In this document: piece after piece, positions 12,844 to 28,500 of the stretch
Position numbering within the stretch: position 1 is the stretch's first letter
How the letters are laid out: every line of letters starts with the position of its first letter
Assembly (NCBI GenBank): GCA_040954595.2
Contig: CM082580.2
Span: 12,662,909-12,726,908, forward strand
Source of the DNA: Balanoglossus misakiensis
Taxonomy: Eukaryota; Animalia; Hemichordata
Length of the DNA stretch: 64,000 bases
Direction of reading: 5' to 3'
Program-made: the position numbers and the translations under genes
Notes under the pieces: generated by a model
The model's database searches: none
The model's input: the letters and a program-made list of their open reading frames with translations, nothing else
What the model was told of the DNA's origin: nothing

Positions 12844-15800
12844 TTACATTGGATTTGCATATTGTCTTGAAGTTCTCAGTTTTGCATGCCTCTCTATAAA
12901 GTCTGCTTGAGTTGGAATTCTGCAGCGCGTTACTCTTGAACTTGTTCCCGCGCGCAGGGTTTGTGCTGTCCGGGCGAGAGTGGTGGAGAGAAGACCAAGT
13001 TGTGCGTGCATTCGACCGATGGTGATATGTTCGTCTCCACTGCCTATGAAAAATGAGATGAAGAGACTGGTGTGAAAGACAATGAAATTTGCGGTTGGTG
13101 GCGAAACGATGGAGTACTCTTTGAACAGTCAAAGAGACTGTCCACGTGTAAAACGAGATGCTGCCCCTTCGCACAGATGTTGGATAAAAGTTACGTACCG
13201 TCAAGCACTGAGCTCAACATCTGTGTGTTGGCGATTATCAGTCATAGCTCCGTTAGCTATTCGGATGCCCCTGCGATGTAGAGAAAAGAGCTTCGTATAA
13301 AAAAACAACAACAATCATATCATAGCAGACGAGTGCATCATACCACTTCTTTTTCAGCAAACTAATAGTATCGCCCAAGTGTATTACGTGACTGAGTCGG
13401 CCAATAGCATGGTCGACCTGTCAACCGGCCGGCGTATATACCCTTACAACTGTTATAAAATACCTGCTTCTTGTGTCGAATCGCCGTCCTCTGCATCGGA
13501 CAATATGGCTGTCTCGCGTAACGTCCTCAGTAAAGGCAGCAACTGTTCTAGGAAAATTTCCCTTTCCAAACTCTGGCTGCTTATGCTGTTCACAGTGTCC
13601 GTAGCTCCCAGGGTACCTTGCGCAGAATCGACCCGTATTTTGCAGTTCGGAACATTCTTTGCGTCGCTTGTCATTCCGGGAATGTATTCCTCCACATTTC
13701 TTTGAAGTTTTGGAGAGTTCACGATTCCAATGAAATGGCCAGGTCCGATGTTATTCTTTTCAGACATGGCGTCCGTATCTGTATGATTGAGACAGGTTGG
13801 TTAATTTGTGGTTCTGGGAGTTCGAAAGCAATCAGCATTTAAATTAGTTGCATACTGTACTGAGTAATTGCAATGCAACCCACCGAAAACAGTGATTGGA
13901 ATGTGATTTTCGCCAAGCATTGTTACTTCATCATCACACACGCCAGAGTCATCCGGTTTGAGTTTTTCTAGTAGCAATGAAATTTGGCTGTCTTTCTGGA
14001 AAGTAATTTAATAAACACTCAGAATTACACGGTTATAATTGCATTATGATAGAAAATGTAATAACAATTAAGGTGGAAAATTAGTCAATTAACCTATGAG
14101 AGACATAGAGGAGGGTAGACAAACAGGCAGACATAGCTAGATTCTCTTCGCTCTTGATAACTTCGTTAAGATTCTTACCTCGGCTAGAATTCGACTAAGT
14201 TCAACGTTTTCGGCTTTTAATTGTTGAAATTTCACAGAGAATCCCACGTTGCAAACAGCTGCAGGAATTCTGTAGCTGGTTTTTGTGTTCGTGCATCGAA
14301 TTTTCCTGTCTTCTCCACGAGGATCTCTCCGCAGTTGAAGCAACTTGCATTGTGGGTAAAAAAAAAGTTGTATGAGAGACATTGCAGATAAAAACTGCTG
14401 AAGGAAGTTGACGATTATAGGCCTATATTTCTTTGTTTTTAGCCGCTTCAAAAGATCTTTGAAACTCGCCTACCTTTGGAATGAAAACAAGGCACAATGT
14501 AATTGTCGTACAAAAGAGAATGAAGAGCGCCAAGAGGCCGAATGATGCATCCGGGTTGTTTGGCATGAAGAACGACAAAGCAGCACCGGCCGTACACATG
14601 ACCACAACGTTGTAGACGCTCATCCCGATGTATTTACTGTCGTTGAGGGCGGGTATACTGACACGCCGGGTCTCCCAGGCCAGGAAGCATCCGAACACCT
14701 GTCATGGAAATCAGAAGTGGTGATGAATTGTCACATTCCGAGCCCCAGGATGGTGGGAAACAGGCTTCCAATTAACACAACATATTACACGAGCCAACCG
14801 CAAAACGTCGAACTATTAAAACGCAATCACCACATCAGTTATATATTTTGTTCATTTGACATGAGAAGTCATCATAGCAACAACAACAAAAAAACTTAGT
14901 CTACAGTCATATTGCGCTGCCATTATAGTAACCGTACTTACCAACAAGATACCCTTATATACATAGATCACAGATAACCACACCGTCATTCGTTCACTTT
15001 TACAATTCTGCATTATGGGTATTATGCTAATGTCTCTTCCCCTTTGGTCTGGCTGCAAACACAAAGGAAAAAGAACTTGATATATAATCACAAAAACTTG
15101 ACTTTCCGGTTCCTTTGCAAACTGTGTTCGTGTGGCAAACATTGTGTCAGGATGCAAAGATTCGTTTGAGATGAATTGAACGATTTTCATACATCGTACG
15201 TCTGATTTTTACATAAGATCCTTCCCGTGCAGTTTACCTGCGTAGGAATAAAGGATAGAGCAGATTTGCCGCAGAGGGCACACAACTCACCTGAGGTGCG
15301 CCATACATTTCAAGCCTTTTCAAAGGGTCGCTGATCCCCCACGAGATGAGGATTAACAAATCAACAAACACGAGAGTGCCAACGATACCAAACAATTTAC
15401 TATCCTTTATGGTCTGTATTTAAAACAAAACAATGAAAGTTTCAGAGGCTGAACTCATTTTAGGTAGACGATCACAAACATTTTCGATAAACACAAATAC
15501 GGGAACGGCTGCGTTCGTGATAAGACAATCATAATTCGCTTCACCCACCTTCTTCTTCAAGCTGATATTTGTGAATATACTGTGTACCCGCCACGTTTTG
15601 GCAAACATTGCCCCATACGCCAGAGTAAATCCCATCGCCAATAACCACGCCCGAAGCTGTGGAATGGGTGAAAAAAAATTAATACGACTAGTGACTTCAA
15701 AAAGATGCACTCAAATCGAAGTTGATAAAGGCATAGACAATTTAGCACGCGGTCTGGTGTTTTTTTTTCAACACGGGCTTTTGTTGAGTTGTAGCCATAT

Positions 15801-18800
15801 AGGTCTACGTACCGCACAGACGACGTCAAAATTGTTCTGCGATAGGTACCGTCCGTCCAGTCCAAGGAAAAATATAGCCGCGTAACAGAGTATAGCGCCT
15901 GCTATGATCAGATTGTTTATGTAGGGACTGGACATCTTGATGTACCTACATGGCAAAAAAAAAACATAAATAATTTTTGTCAGTACCAGAAAATATGTCA
16001 CGGAAGTCTCCACATGTTTATGCACATGCGCATGGTGTGAGTTGAGGTGTGGACCGAGCTCATATATTCCAATAAAAACCAAACCACATTCATTACTCAT
16101 TGCAAAAATACTAAATCAAAAGTGTGTTTCTTAGCGTCTTTTGCTTACATGTCATAAATCAAATATGAACCGAGATTGCGATATTCGAGACATGTCTCCA
16201 ACCACGTGATCCTTGACATATGAAACAGCATATTTTAAACGGGGGGGTTCAAATTTCTCCCGAGTGTCACCAGGGTATCTATACCTGTGGTTTCGAAATC
16301 GCATGTTGAAGAATAGGAAGAGCAGCGCCAGCATGATCCCCACATAACTCAGACTGCAGAGAAGGATGTACATCACCAAGGAAACCCCGTGACGGACATG
16401 ACGTAGGATTGGACGATCCTTTGGAGGAGAGCCACCTGGATAAACAAACAAACATACACCAATGCGTGCCAGTGTCACCCATTCTAGATGTCATGATACT
16501 TTGGTATTGACTGTAAGCCTTGCTGTATACACATACGTTGTTTTATACAACTAATCGAGAAAGTCGCCCTCTGTCAGCAAAAAAACTAACTCTTGGATTA
16601 CTTGGCGAATCGCTTGGGATGGTCTAGGCGAAGATTTTCTTGGCGTCCGCATCTGATCCACGCTAAGCCCTGGCCTTGACTTGGTGCCTTCGAATCAAAT
16701 TCATTTTGTCGAAAATTGCCATGTGTATGCATATTATCAACGAGTTCATGATGATTCAAAGGGAGAAGAAGGGAACAGTTACAATAAGACCACCCGTGTG
16801 CGTACATAGCGGAAAAGTTGTTTTAAACTAACATTCATTTAATAACAACAACCATAACAGATGGTTTAATTACCTTGCCAGAAAATCCGGTGCTCTGATA
16901 GGTTAATGGCGTCATCGAAAGCATAGTATTCCCCAATCTCCACTGACTTGTCGTCTGCGCGGAATTAAGAAAAATGAAGTAATGTAATTTTGCCGGCATT
17001 TGTGATAATAAAAAATGACACAGAGGACTAAAGTCGACAATGCGCTTGTTATTAATAAAGTAATGACATTTCAGTGGAGTTAAAAAGGTTATGAATTTCA
17101 TTATCTCCAAGGATAAAAGTCACGAGATAATTAAAATGCAAAACTGAGCTGATTGTCGGTGTGACGCCGAGAAAAAAATTGCCATAATTATCACGGTGTC
17201 GTCGTGAAGTACAAAAGTCACACATTCTGTTCAAGGAAACTTAATTTCTTTTTGATAATCAAAGTGCCAACAAGAATCTGAAATGAACAGACGTGTTAAG
17301 TTCAAAGTAACCGAATCGGGTATAATTTGCGTTTCTATAGGGAAAATTAGGCTTCTGGTTTTTTTTTTGCCATCATGGCATCAAACGATATTAGGAAACG
17401 TCGTCAACTCGTTTTAATTTTCAAGCCGGTTTCTGAAACGCAGGTAAAACGTTTATTCAGAACCGTATTCTGCGCGCGCAGGATCGATGACCAGGTCTAT
17501 ACATTTGTTTTACAAAGATAACATTTCACGTACAAAGATGAAAACTCATCCCAACGGATAACAGTCCGGCATCTTACAAGGCGATGGAATTACAAATATT
17601 TGCGCCGAACTTAATTAATGATCTAGACTTTCGTCAATGTCCAATCGGCAAGCTTTGATAATTTTGCCTGCGTGCGATCTCCATTAAACTTCATCCACAA
17701 GCAAATAAATCGCTAATTGGATTTCGGAATCTTGATGATACGGATATCTCGGTAAAAACACACCTTGGAATTGTCTTAGCAGAATCGTTCCCAGACGATC
17801 TCCGTTTCCATTAAATCTTAGAGGTCCCTGTAGCGAGAAGAAGACATTCCAATTTAGACTAAATAAATCAGTCATTATCAAGTGATTAAAGGTAAATTAG
17901 CTGGATCTCCCGGATTCTGTATCAAAATATCGTTTCCATTTCAATGTCACCCTATAGCTATTCCTACTTTGAGCAACGTGTATACAAGAAATGTAAGTGA
18001 TACAAAACCGCCATCCTTTTCCCGATGTGTCTATAACTTCATCTGACATTGAGGAAATGAAACAAAACTGCTTCATGTGAGTGTATTTTTCTGTAATCAT
18101 TTAACCGTATCGGAACAGACTATGATGAATGATTGTAAACGCATCACGGTCAGATCCCGTTCTGCTAACTGTTCAAGGGTGAATAGACAATTATTTCTGA
18201 GAAATTATAAGTAGACCCCTTTCTCGGCGAAACGCGTTAATTCCGTGATTATGCCGATTTGCATTGACCCCAAGAGGTCAAAATAACGCTTCACCGCGAA
18301 AAGGGAACATAACTCATGAGTCTTAGAAGCTGCTCTCAGCAGCTGTACCGTGGACTCGTTAACATGCATTGCTGAAAATGCAAGATTGATGTACGTCAAT
18401 TCTTCACGGGGAAAGTTAATGTATGGTTGAGAGACATTTGAGTATGTTTAGATTTTTGTATATAGAGACTTAACGATTGTGGAGAGTCTCTCAGGCATGT
18501 CTAAACATTCCTAGAACGTGGCACACGCACAAACCTACCAATAACTTCAGCCACTGTTCACGTACAGAGTGCAAGCCACTTTTACGCACTACATGTACTG
18601 TGTTTGAGATAAAATCCAACATAGTTACCATGCATGCAGCCGCCATTTTCTTTTTTTTCGTGTTCAGGCATTGCGAATGCCTGGTTTAGCTTTTTCAAAT
18701 GTGAGTACCAGGCAGAAAATTATCTATTGAATTATGCAGGGTTTTCTTTTTTGTAACACAACTCGAGATGGCGGACTGAAACTTCCTCATCGACGACTTT

Positions 18801-21800
18801 TTACGCTCGGTTTCAATGCATACCGTTACTCCTGTGAAATCTGTTTCATTCATTGCGTCCTTGAAGAGATCAAAAACCATTTCGTTTTCGTACTTGAAGT
18901 CTAACAACAATGATATGTTGTCGATTTTCTCCGCCACTCTGTGCAGAGCTGTTGCGATGACCCAAACACTGTCATACGCGTAACTGTGTAGAGAGTGGTA
19001 CGCCTCTCTTCTGACGTCATCGTATTGTCGTTTGTACTCCTCCGCACTCTGAAATGAAAGAAAATCTGTCATTGTCACCTTTTCTCTCGGTAGCTCTGTG
19101 CACCGCATTGGCGACGCTGGCTTAGAGATACCGTGTCCGGGAACATTGCTGTTCACCGTGTGTGGTTAGGGTGTCCTCTTCAAAGGAGGCATACACGTTC
19201 TAACACTTTGCATTAAGTTGTATTACTGCGTTCTATTCCGAAACGTGGGGACACCGTTGTTTTCTTGTAGTCATCAAATACGATGTAAATCACTTCGATA
19301 GATGTGGGACCATGTAGACGGACACGCAGGACAGAAATGTGATAAATCTGTGAACAATTGACATTATCAAGACAACCGGACTATTTTACCATCTGTCTCG
19401 TGATACAACTTGGAAGATAACGGATAACCATGATAACTCTTGCAGTGATCCGCTGATAATTGATGTGTCGATTTCGGATCCAGGGCATCAATAACTGCCA
19501 GAGAGTTTTAAAGAATTTCAAATCGAGATTGCTGCTATCTCTGGTCATATCAGCCGTGATTTATGTCTGTGCACGTTAAATTCTGAGTTGCTACTCACGA
19601 AGCCGGAGATTGTGCTGTCGTGACTGGTGCTCAGATGCAGCAAGCCGGTTGCTAGGAAACCAGCGGCCGCCTCCACCATTTCATCCACGGAGCATGCGGT
19701 CAGCGCCGGTCCGGGGCTGTTCCACCAGTCGTCCTTCGACCACCCGGTCAGAATCCACACGTATTTGTTGCCGAATAACCCTTGTTTGTATACCTGTAAT
19801 AAAACATTGATCAGAGAAATCCTAGTGTGATGATGGTCGCAGCCGTACCACAGCCGAGATATATAGTCATTGATCTGTCTCTTGTGTCAGAAATCAATGA
19901 ATAATTTATTTGAATGGCTGGCGTATACCTGAACGTTTTTTGCAACGACGCTGTTCACAGCTTGTTTATATTCGGTGTAAAGTGGGACAGCGCTGTTCTG
20001 ACGAAAAGTCATGGGCGCGGTTGAGCGACCTCCGCTGACCTGGGCCGCTAATCACGTGACCTGTAGGGTCGACGCTGGGGCCAGTCGAGGCGTAATTAAA
20101 AAAAACGAAAGAGATAAATGAAAGATCACCTGGCAGAATACAAGCGGTGCCACCTCTTCGTCGAAGAATCCTAGGATAATCCGCACTCCAGACTCCTGTA
20201 AACAAACAGAGTATGTACTGCTTAAGTGAAATTGGAACGGACACCAATGAACTGACAGTCAATAGCAAGATAACTGTTTCATATACATGAACTGTGAAAT
20301 GAGAAACGTGGACTTCGTACAAACAAGATGATTTTACTCGACCTTAATGCTTATTTATTACTTTGGCTACTCGTCGACTTGACCTCACTTGCCTACAGAC
20401 ACCGGAGAAATAATTGACTCAAAGTGGAGGATTTGAAGTGAACATTACGTGTGTCTGTTACCTTAATTTTCTGCAACGCATCCGTTGGATCTTCGTCGAA
20501 AGTTGTCACTTGCACGAGTTTGACCTTGGTGTTTTGGATCAGGGTGGACAGTTTGCTGTGTGCCTTTTTACGAAAAAATACAACATTCTTAGCCGCAATA
20601 CTGACAATGCATGAAGGAACTGACTGAACAGCATGCTATGAGTTAAACTGAATGTTATCCTATCCTATCTGTCTCTCTCACATACATAATTTTATCACTC
20701 AGCTTTAAATTAGTCACCCTCCAATTCCCCGCTCACCTCGACAAAATTCGGAGAGTTTTGGTGTATGCTTGCGATGCGAGTCCAGTTGAAATAATCAAGT
20801 AGCTTTAATTTGGCAGGATTGAAGTCGGCTTTTGACGGAACTGTTCGGAAAAACGTCGGATACTTCTCCTGTTCGGACAAAAACGGCTCTGTATTTGCAA
20901 ATGAGATCTGTAAGAGACATACCAAATGAAACGTCAGTATGTGAACTTTAGAAATAAACAGGATTGAAACTAATTTGTGATAATAAGAATATAAAAATAG
21001 CCTGAAAATAGATTTTGTTTTATTATATTATAATTATTATATTATACTATTATAATATATCATTGTTCTACGTCGCTACTCCTCTCGCCGTTCTATATAG
21101 CGAGAGAGACTTCAGTCTAGAAAGCAATAAGCGACAGTACACCACACAGATACATGTACACCATGTTTGCCTAGAGTCTGTGTATATCATTCGAACATCG
21201 GGCGATTTCAGCAAACCAATGACAATATTTGCCTACTGCTGCAAACATATCAGAAGTTATGGTTATTGTCCTTTTCATCACGCGAGAGAGAGGTTTCTCT
21301 GCATTTTATCGTCTCATTGTCCGTCACTTCATTTCCTTGCGTCGTATAGATTTCATGAAACTCAGTTTACGTAACGTTCTAGGATATCTTTCAATATCTG
21401 AAAAACGTGCGGTTTCAATAACCGACATCTGGCCGTCTGTGGATATTAAATTTCTTACTCAGAACCTAATAGGCTGCTCGCCCATGTTTCAATATTTAGT
21501 TACAGCTAGCCTGCGACAATTCACTATAGAACAGTTTTTTATTTAATATTCTGATACAAAACTCCTTTGAGCCGTAAAAACAAAGTCGGTGGGTTTTGAT
21601 TTGTCATTACAATGGTGTTAGCTAAATGCCGTTTGATTTTGAAACAAAATACCTACGTAGGAAGAAATACTACCGCCATATCGATCGACCGAGTTGACAG
21701 TACCGGCTTGCGTGATCAGTTGGGTAAATGTTTATCGGTTACGTTTAATAACTGACATCGCCGCAACTCGGCAACTCGCATGTACCATTCGTTCAGATCG

Positions 21801-22552
21801 ACTCGATGCTTTCTTACGTACCTGCGTCAGTTTCCACAAACTTACAGTTTCCGCAATGGGGGCGGTGACGTTGGAGCAAATTCCGCCGAAAACGGCCAAT
21901 TTCGGTGGTCCCGTTGCCATGGCGTCAAAGAAAGCCTTCGTGCCGACCGCCATGTCACACTGAAATATAAAATATTGATTTTTGTTATTTGAGGAAATTG
22001 TTCCAAGTTAGAATGAACTCAATGTCTACTGAATCGAAGGAGTTGTGAAATATCTGTTTGGTTACTGACTGGCATGTCTGTATGTCTATACGTGCTTCTG
22101 TCTTCACTACACTATACTAGAACTGTATGTGCTGATAATGATTCTTGACAGCGCTAACATACACTATAATAGTGGGGCTTGTCTTTCAGCAGTAACAAAT
22201 GTTTCAGGGCTGCAATTGCAAGTACTTACAGCAATAGGCCAATACGATAAAAGTAACTCGATAAACGTGGAGGTATAGAGTAGCATTTTATTCATGATAT
22301 AACCCTCCACAAAACGAAGCCGATTTTCTCAATGGAATGGTTCAAACACTATTTAATATTATCGTCACCAGGGGAAATTCGACAATATAACATTTGTCAG
22401 AAATAAGACTCCATTCAGTGTCGTGGGAGCTGTAGAGGAACATAAGGAAATATAACCATGTTTGATTTATAGTAATTCTATTAACGTACGTTAATTGATC
22501 GACATTTATTCGAATCCAATCTTTCTCTGAGTATCTGGCTTTGACTGTCTTT

Positions 22553-22589
<37 letters not shown>

Positions 22590-25500
22590 TTGTTTGTCTG
22601 GCTGACTGACCGGCTCCCTCCCCTCTCTCTTAACGCCTTTCCATCGCAGTTTCCACTTTCCATTCAGTAGCCGCGGGCCTCATTCAGACAGTCAACCTCA
22701 GTATTGTTATCGTGTAAACAATCATATTCCTCTGCCAATGATCTGCAATCAACTTCGCACATATGCACTGTGACAACGTGAACCGTCAATTCGTGACAAA
22801 TAAATTGTTGTGCTGTGCATTCCCAGTAGAAACTCGAAGCAGGGGGGTCGCTCTCTTTCAGCAGACTCAGAGTGTTTGACCAGAAGTGACACTTTTACGA
22901 GGTCGATTTTGTAGGCAATATTTCACCTCTTTGGACATCTTAATGTCTATTATAGCCTTTTATTGTAAAGCGCAAGACTACATTTGAGCTGTGTGATGTG
23001 TTTAACAATTCTAATCCATACTGCCCGTACCCCCGGGCGTTATCCTGATTTCTTCATCGTCATGATATACTTCGAATAATTGATATTTTCAGCGTGATTC
23101 ACAGTGGGTGTCCCGTGATTAAAACATCCACCCCGCGTCCCTTTAAATCTATGTAAACATTATCAAATATCACCTAATCCAGCCAATGTGCGACCTTATC
23201 GTGACCTTGACCAGATATCACGCTGGTTGTTTGATGTCTACTTCCCGCAAGGAGAATAGCTCCACCCTGTTTATCCTGGTCCCCATTCAGAGACTATTAG
23301 CTGAAATAAATGTCACCGAAGCTAAGATAAACGTCAATTGCAATTCGAAAAGAGACGCAGTCGATAGCTTTCTCGTTATCTTGATCGTTTTGGTCTATCT
23401 GTCATCGTACGGCAGAGATTCTTTGCCTTTATTTGTCATGGTCCAACGGGCCCTGGGTGCTTTCTCCATCGACTGAACCTATTTTATTGGCCAAACAACG
23501 CCCCCTGTTGTCATGGTCAGATCGGGTGATTGAGCCTCCTATCATGCTGAAAATCAAGTCGGTGCCCACAGCAGAACTAATATCCCTCTAACTATAGACC
23601 GAGGGACGTGGCAATGATGGAACCACAACCGTGACGGAACCTAACTGTGCAATATTACGTTGACATCCAACGTCACACCAGTGTCCAGCGTCAAGGACTA
23701 ATTAAGGAAAAACGTTCGGTGTGTCATAGTGACTTAATTGAGCAAACGCAGCAGCCCAGGGCATTTCCATCGTCTCCCTGGAATCTCTGCTAGGAAACAA
23801 ACTAAAAAATTGCGCACACTAATTAAGACCCAGCTGTTTTTTCAAGCAATCTATTTCATCTCGTGGAGAGCACGTCTTTTAATCTTGGTGTGTTTTTTCC
23901 CACCGGTAATGAATGGAAATGAAAAACACCAATCAAATTGAATTCACTATTAAAAGTGAACGGCTTCTGTCCAAATGTGCGCTAGGTAGCCAACGTCTTT
24001 CTTTTTTTACTGAAAATTGTACGTTCGCTCGCATTCTGCAATGTAGAACAAAAACAACCTTCGCCTTCACCAATAACGAACGCTAGGGAAAAAGTCGAAT
24101 TCATCAGAAACCACAGTCAATCAACTGTGGCCTTCGTGAGAACCGTTAATAGGCGGCATTTTTGACGTCTTTACTGTTAGTGATTGAAACTGTTTAATGG
24201 CCCGGACTAGTTAAACTTGATCACTCGGCGCAGATATTCGCTTCAATAATTGTAAGCTGCGAGGTCAGGGGTTAATTTGCCACAATTCCAGATATGTGAG
24301 TAAGCGGTCATTATACCAGGTACCCTGTGATGTTTCATTACATGCTCGAAGTGATACTCTTTGGTCGCTTTCAACATTCTGTATAGTCTCGACTGCGTTT
24401 ACAGACTACGAGCCTAATGACCATTTTAGCAGTGTTGTGTCGTTGATCGGTGGTACATATAGGCTTAATTCGGAAGATATCCATGTGCCATTATCTCGTG
24501 AACTTATACTAAGCAATGTATTGTCGTAATGCACGAACGTGTTGAACTGTCAGATTATTTTCACATCTCTTAACAGCATGACTGGAAACAAGTATAATCC
24601 CGTAACCTTAGAAATGTTATGTTATATTTTCGTCCTGTATTCTGAATTATCTCAACCCTATTTTTGACTTCCATTTCGTCATTCCGTTCGTGAAGTAAAC
24701 AGTCCAACCTTGCGTACACGTGTTGTCAGTCGAAACACGATTGTAAGTTCGGACGCTAATGACGAGACCACGAACCGCGACCGTTTTGCGTCAGCGCGGC
24801 GTGAAGTCTCTGCCGGGGAGGACGACGGTTTGACAGCCGGCATCCGACTTCCATTCATCGAGAGGAGTCCGACTGGGCGTGCGGTAAACCTCAACAAAGT
24901 CGTTTATGCTGCGCTCGGACTGACACGATGTCAACAGAAACACTTGGTATAGTTTCAGCACTGTGAACCTGCCATCAATAACAACAGGGATTTGATTTCT
25001 ACGCAGGTGTGTCAACGGTCGGTGCAACTTTAGACACCTTGCCGAGTAAATTAATGGGCTCGAACCCCGAAGGCTGGTCTCATCAATAACACGGTGCCGA
25101 TAAATAGATAAAAAATCGTTACCTTTGGACATTATTGTGGTTATTTTGGTGTGTCGTGCGAGACGTTATCTCTGATGCTATCAGAAGTGACTCATCCTTT
25201 ACTCTCGCCTTCCGATTAGATCCTAAACACAAATCGTGTTACAGTCTGTAGAATAATGTGACTTGAATTTCTCATATGAACAATAATAGCCAATTTGAAA
25301 AAAATCACTATCAAATATTGTGAATGAATAGTGTTTACACTATTATCTTTGACGCTTACAACAACAACAACAACAACTCAATGTCACTACATTAATAGTC
25401 AGGTTATTACTGCGTTACGTTCTCGAGCCCCCGCGGATGAAAATATCTCCCCGGTAGGCGTACATTGCATCTCATGGAGGTCCATGACCCGCAGTACGAA

Positions 25501-28500
25501 CCAGTTATCTATATCTCACTTGTTCTAAAGAAAATTTCACCTCAGTCTGAAGGACTAATAACTATAATCAGCGCTAAATTATGATACGATCGAAACAAAA
25601 TTACAATACAGCATAATGGTATGCTGCAAAAACTGATAACTGGAACCACAGAAGAAACACGTGTATCTATGCTTTCAAGGATAGGGTGCATGCAATATAC
25701 GCGTGGATATTATTTTTGCACTCCCGGTTAATAAATTCCAATCATAACATTTGCACACTTTGTAAAAGGTCATAGATGTGAGTGGCGTGCTGGTGTTACC
25801 ATGGAAACGCTAAGTTACTGATCCATTAGTCATTAACAACGGCCATCAACCTCAACGTCAGTGGGGACAAGCGCAACTTGGATGCAACGCAAAGTCGTGA
25901 GCGTGTCACTGATGCTGTAGTGGATGCATGTATACCGCTATCATCATCATCTATGCTCTGGCCCCGTTCCAAAAGTGACGTTTTCTCGGCAATTAGATTT
26001 CCCACTGTCAGCGGTACAGGGAAATCGAATTAGTGACTCAATCTGAACTTCGCAATTACTGTTGATTCTTGGGGGTGGCGTTCACTCGATTAAGACCTGG
26101 GATGGCACGACTGGCTTTTAGCGTTTGAAAGCGTGACGCATGCTGGTCCTAGCGGCGGTGGTGCTGTTTGTCTTTGATACAGCGAAAGATGCGATCTCTA
26201 CCTGAAGGCTATTAAAAGGGTGGACGCAGCACTATCCTATGATTGGAGACACGAACAGGGCTGGATGCTGTGCAGAGCGGTGAACTTGGTGTAGAGGTGT
26301 GACACCCCCTTTATTTGATCAGCAGTCTCGTCTGTGTCTGCCTGTAAACATATTTCAATCGATTTTCGACCCAATTCACACACACCTCTTCAACAGGACA
26401 TCTTCCCCCGGGGCCTGTACACATTTCCTGACACCGCCGTGGAAAAGATGCAAGTTTGTCAGTTAATTGCAGTCACTGACATTCGCAAACAAAGTTAAGA
26501 CCCCATAACACCACAAATCTGATTATCTTTCACGCTATTCGTTGTTAATAAAGAATCATGCCATGTGACAAGGCCATTCATCCTCCATCGTTAATTACTT
26601 TAAGGATTGATCAGAAATAATAACATTTAGGGTAAATGTCTATTTTAAAGCTAAATATGGAAGAAAATCAAGTTTACGCAAGTTGCGTAAATTTTACGCG
26701 CCCCGTCTTGTCTTGTGCATTAACACAGAAGAGTGTGACATGCAATAACGTCCTTCCGCCCGATTGATGCTCGTCTTTCCGTCACTTGAAGCACCAACTC
26801 AATTTTATGTTTAATTTGACTCAACAAGGTCGCATTCTCCTGTAAGTGTCTTGCTCTGTTGATGAATCACGCGGTGTAACAACTACATATAATGTTGTCC
26901 GTGTCAGTGGCGAGCTCGTCAATGTTTCAACGCAGGTCGTGACGACTTGGCAACGTTCTGATCGATTTATCTATCGAGGCATCAATGCTGGACAAATTGT
27001 ACGACCTACATGTTGTGACGGCTTCGTTCCACAGGCCACCGATGTGAAAATTGTCTGCGGTTTTGCAATCATGAAAGGATTTCAACAACTGCTCTCCGGG
27101 GAACGATATGTTTTGTCCTGTTCCCAGGCTGTGAGGAGGGGGGGGAGGAAGAGGGGAGAGAGGAGGAGAGGGGCTGAGGGAAATTTGCTGATCGCCGAGA
27201 GTGGCAAAAATACCATAACCGACGTCGACGTCGCTTTTATTTGTGCGAAATCGAGCAAATTCACTGTCCTGATCCAGTGGTTGACATCAGCCTTAACTCA
27301 ATCTCCACCACACGAAAGCAAAGGACTTTCCCTTATAGGGAAACGTGTATATGCCCCCCCCCCCCCAACATTGCACGGTAACTTCATTCTCTCCTTGACA
27401 AAAATGAAATATTCAGATATCGTTGATTAAATACGCGTTTCCTTCAAAAGAGTTTCATTCTCGAACCGCTGTTTTGTAAAGCAACCAACCGATCTAATAA
27501 TACAGAAAATTCAATTTTGTGAGTCGGCGTATCTTGCGAAATTTTTGCGCGTCTACGAACGACTGATATGTATCGCTCCTGCATCGCTTTGTGCCTGCCA
27601 TAAATAAAATTTACAGACCAAAATAGATTCCTCAGTACACCCAATTTCTATTTTCTGCTCTCTTTAAAAATGTTAAGTGCAGGAAAACACGATGTTGACT
27701 TAAACAATCAATCTCTTTAGCTGTACTTTCCCAAATAACTGAGTGGATTACGTGGACGAGATTCCGCCGCGTTGAATGCGCCTTTACGCCCTTCCTTGTC
27801 TCGGTTCGTGTTTTCATTCACGGTATTAAGTGGGAAACTCATCCGTTTTTTAACTGCAACGTTTCTATCCGCGTGTCTCACTCCATCTATTTTGATTAAT
27901 GGCGAACACGACGGCTCGTAATCTTGCTGTAAATTTGGCAGTTTTCTTGATTTGCATGCCGTTGGTGTTATTTTTATTGCTCGTAAATTTCATTCCAGTA
28001 TCGAAGTTCACGTGTGGTATTCCACGATCCGAAGATTATCATACCCGAGCACTGGGCTGTGAGCTATGCAGTATTTGAGTGAGTGTAATTTATCACGCAG
28101 GCGGTACCCAAAGTTCGCATCTTCTAAACTGCGAACATCAACGTTCCAGATGCGAGTATCGTTTTCAACATCCCTGTCACTAAAATGTCCTCAGCGCTGG
28201 GACTGTAACGTCTCTTTTATATGCAACGACTTCAGTATGGTCCATGGATATATCCATCAAAATTAACATCAACGTAACCGACAGTATAAGTGATACGCCT
28301 TAAGTACATCATGAGTGGAACGGATAGCGGTTTTTAATTCTTAATGATATAAGTTTCATTTGGGTCAAAGGCTTGGGCAAATAAACCTCATATCCATCCA
28401 CCCGTCCCATCCATCATGTATGGGATACACAGAAGCCGAGCGGAGTGCGTGTTTCAGACTACACTGCGCCGAATTACTGCTATTCCCGTGTGCACATAAT

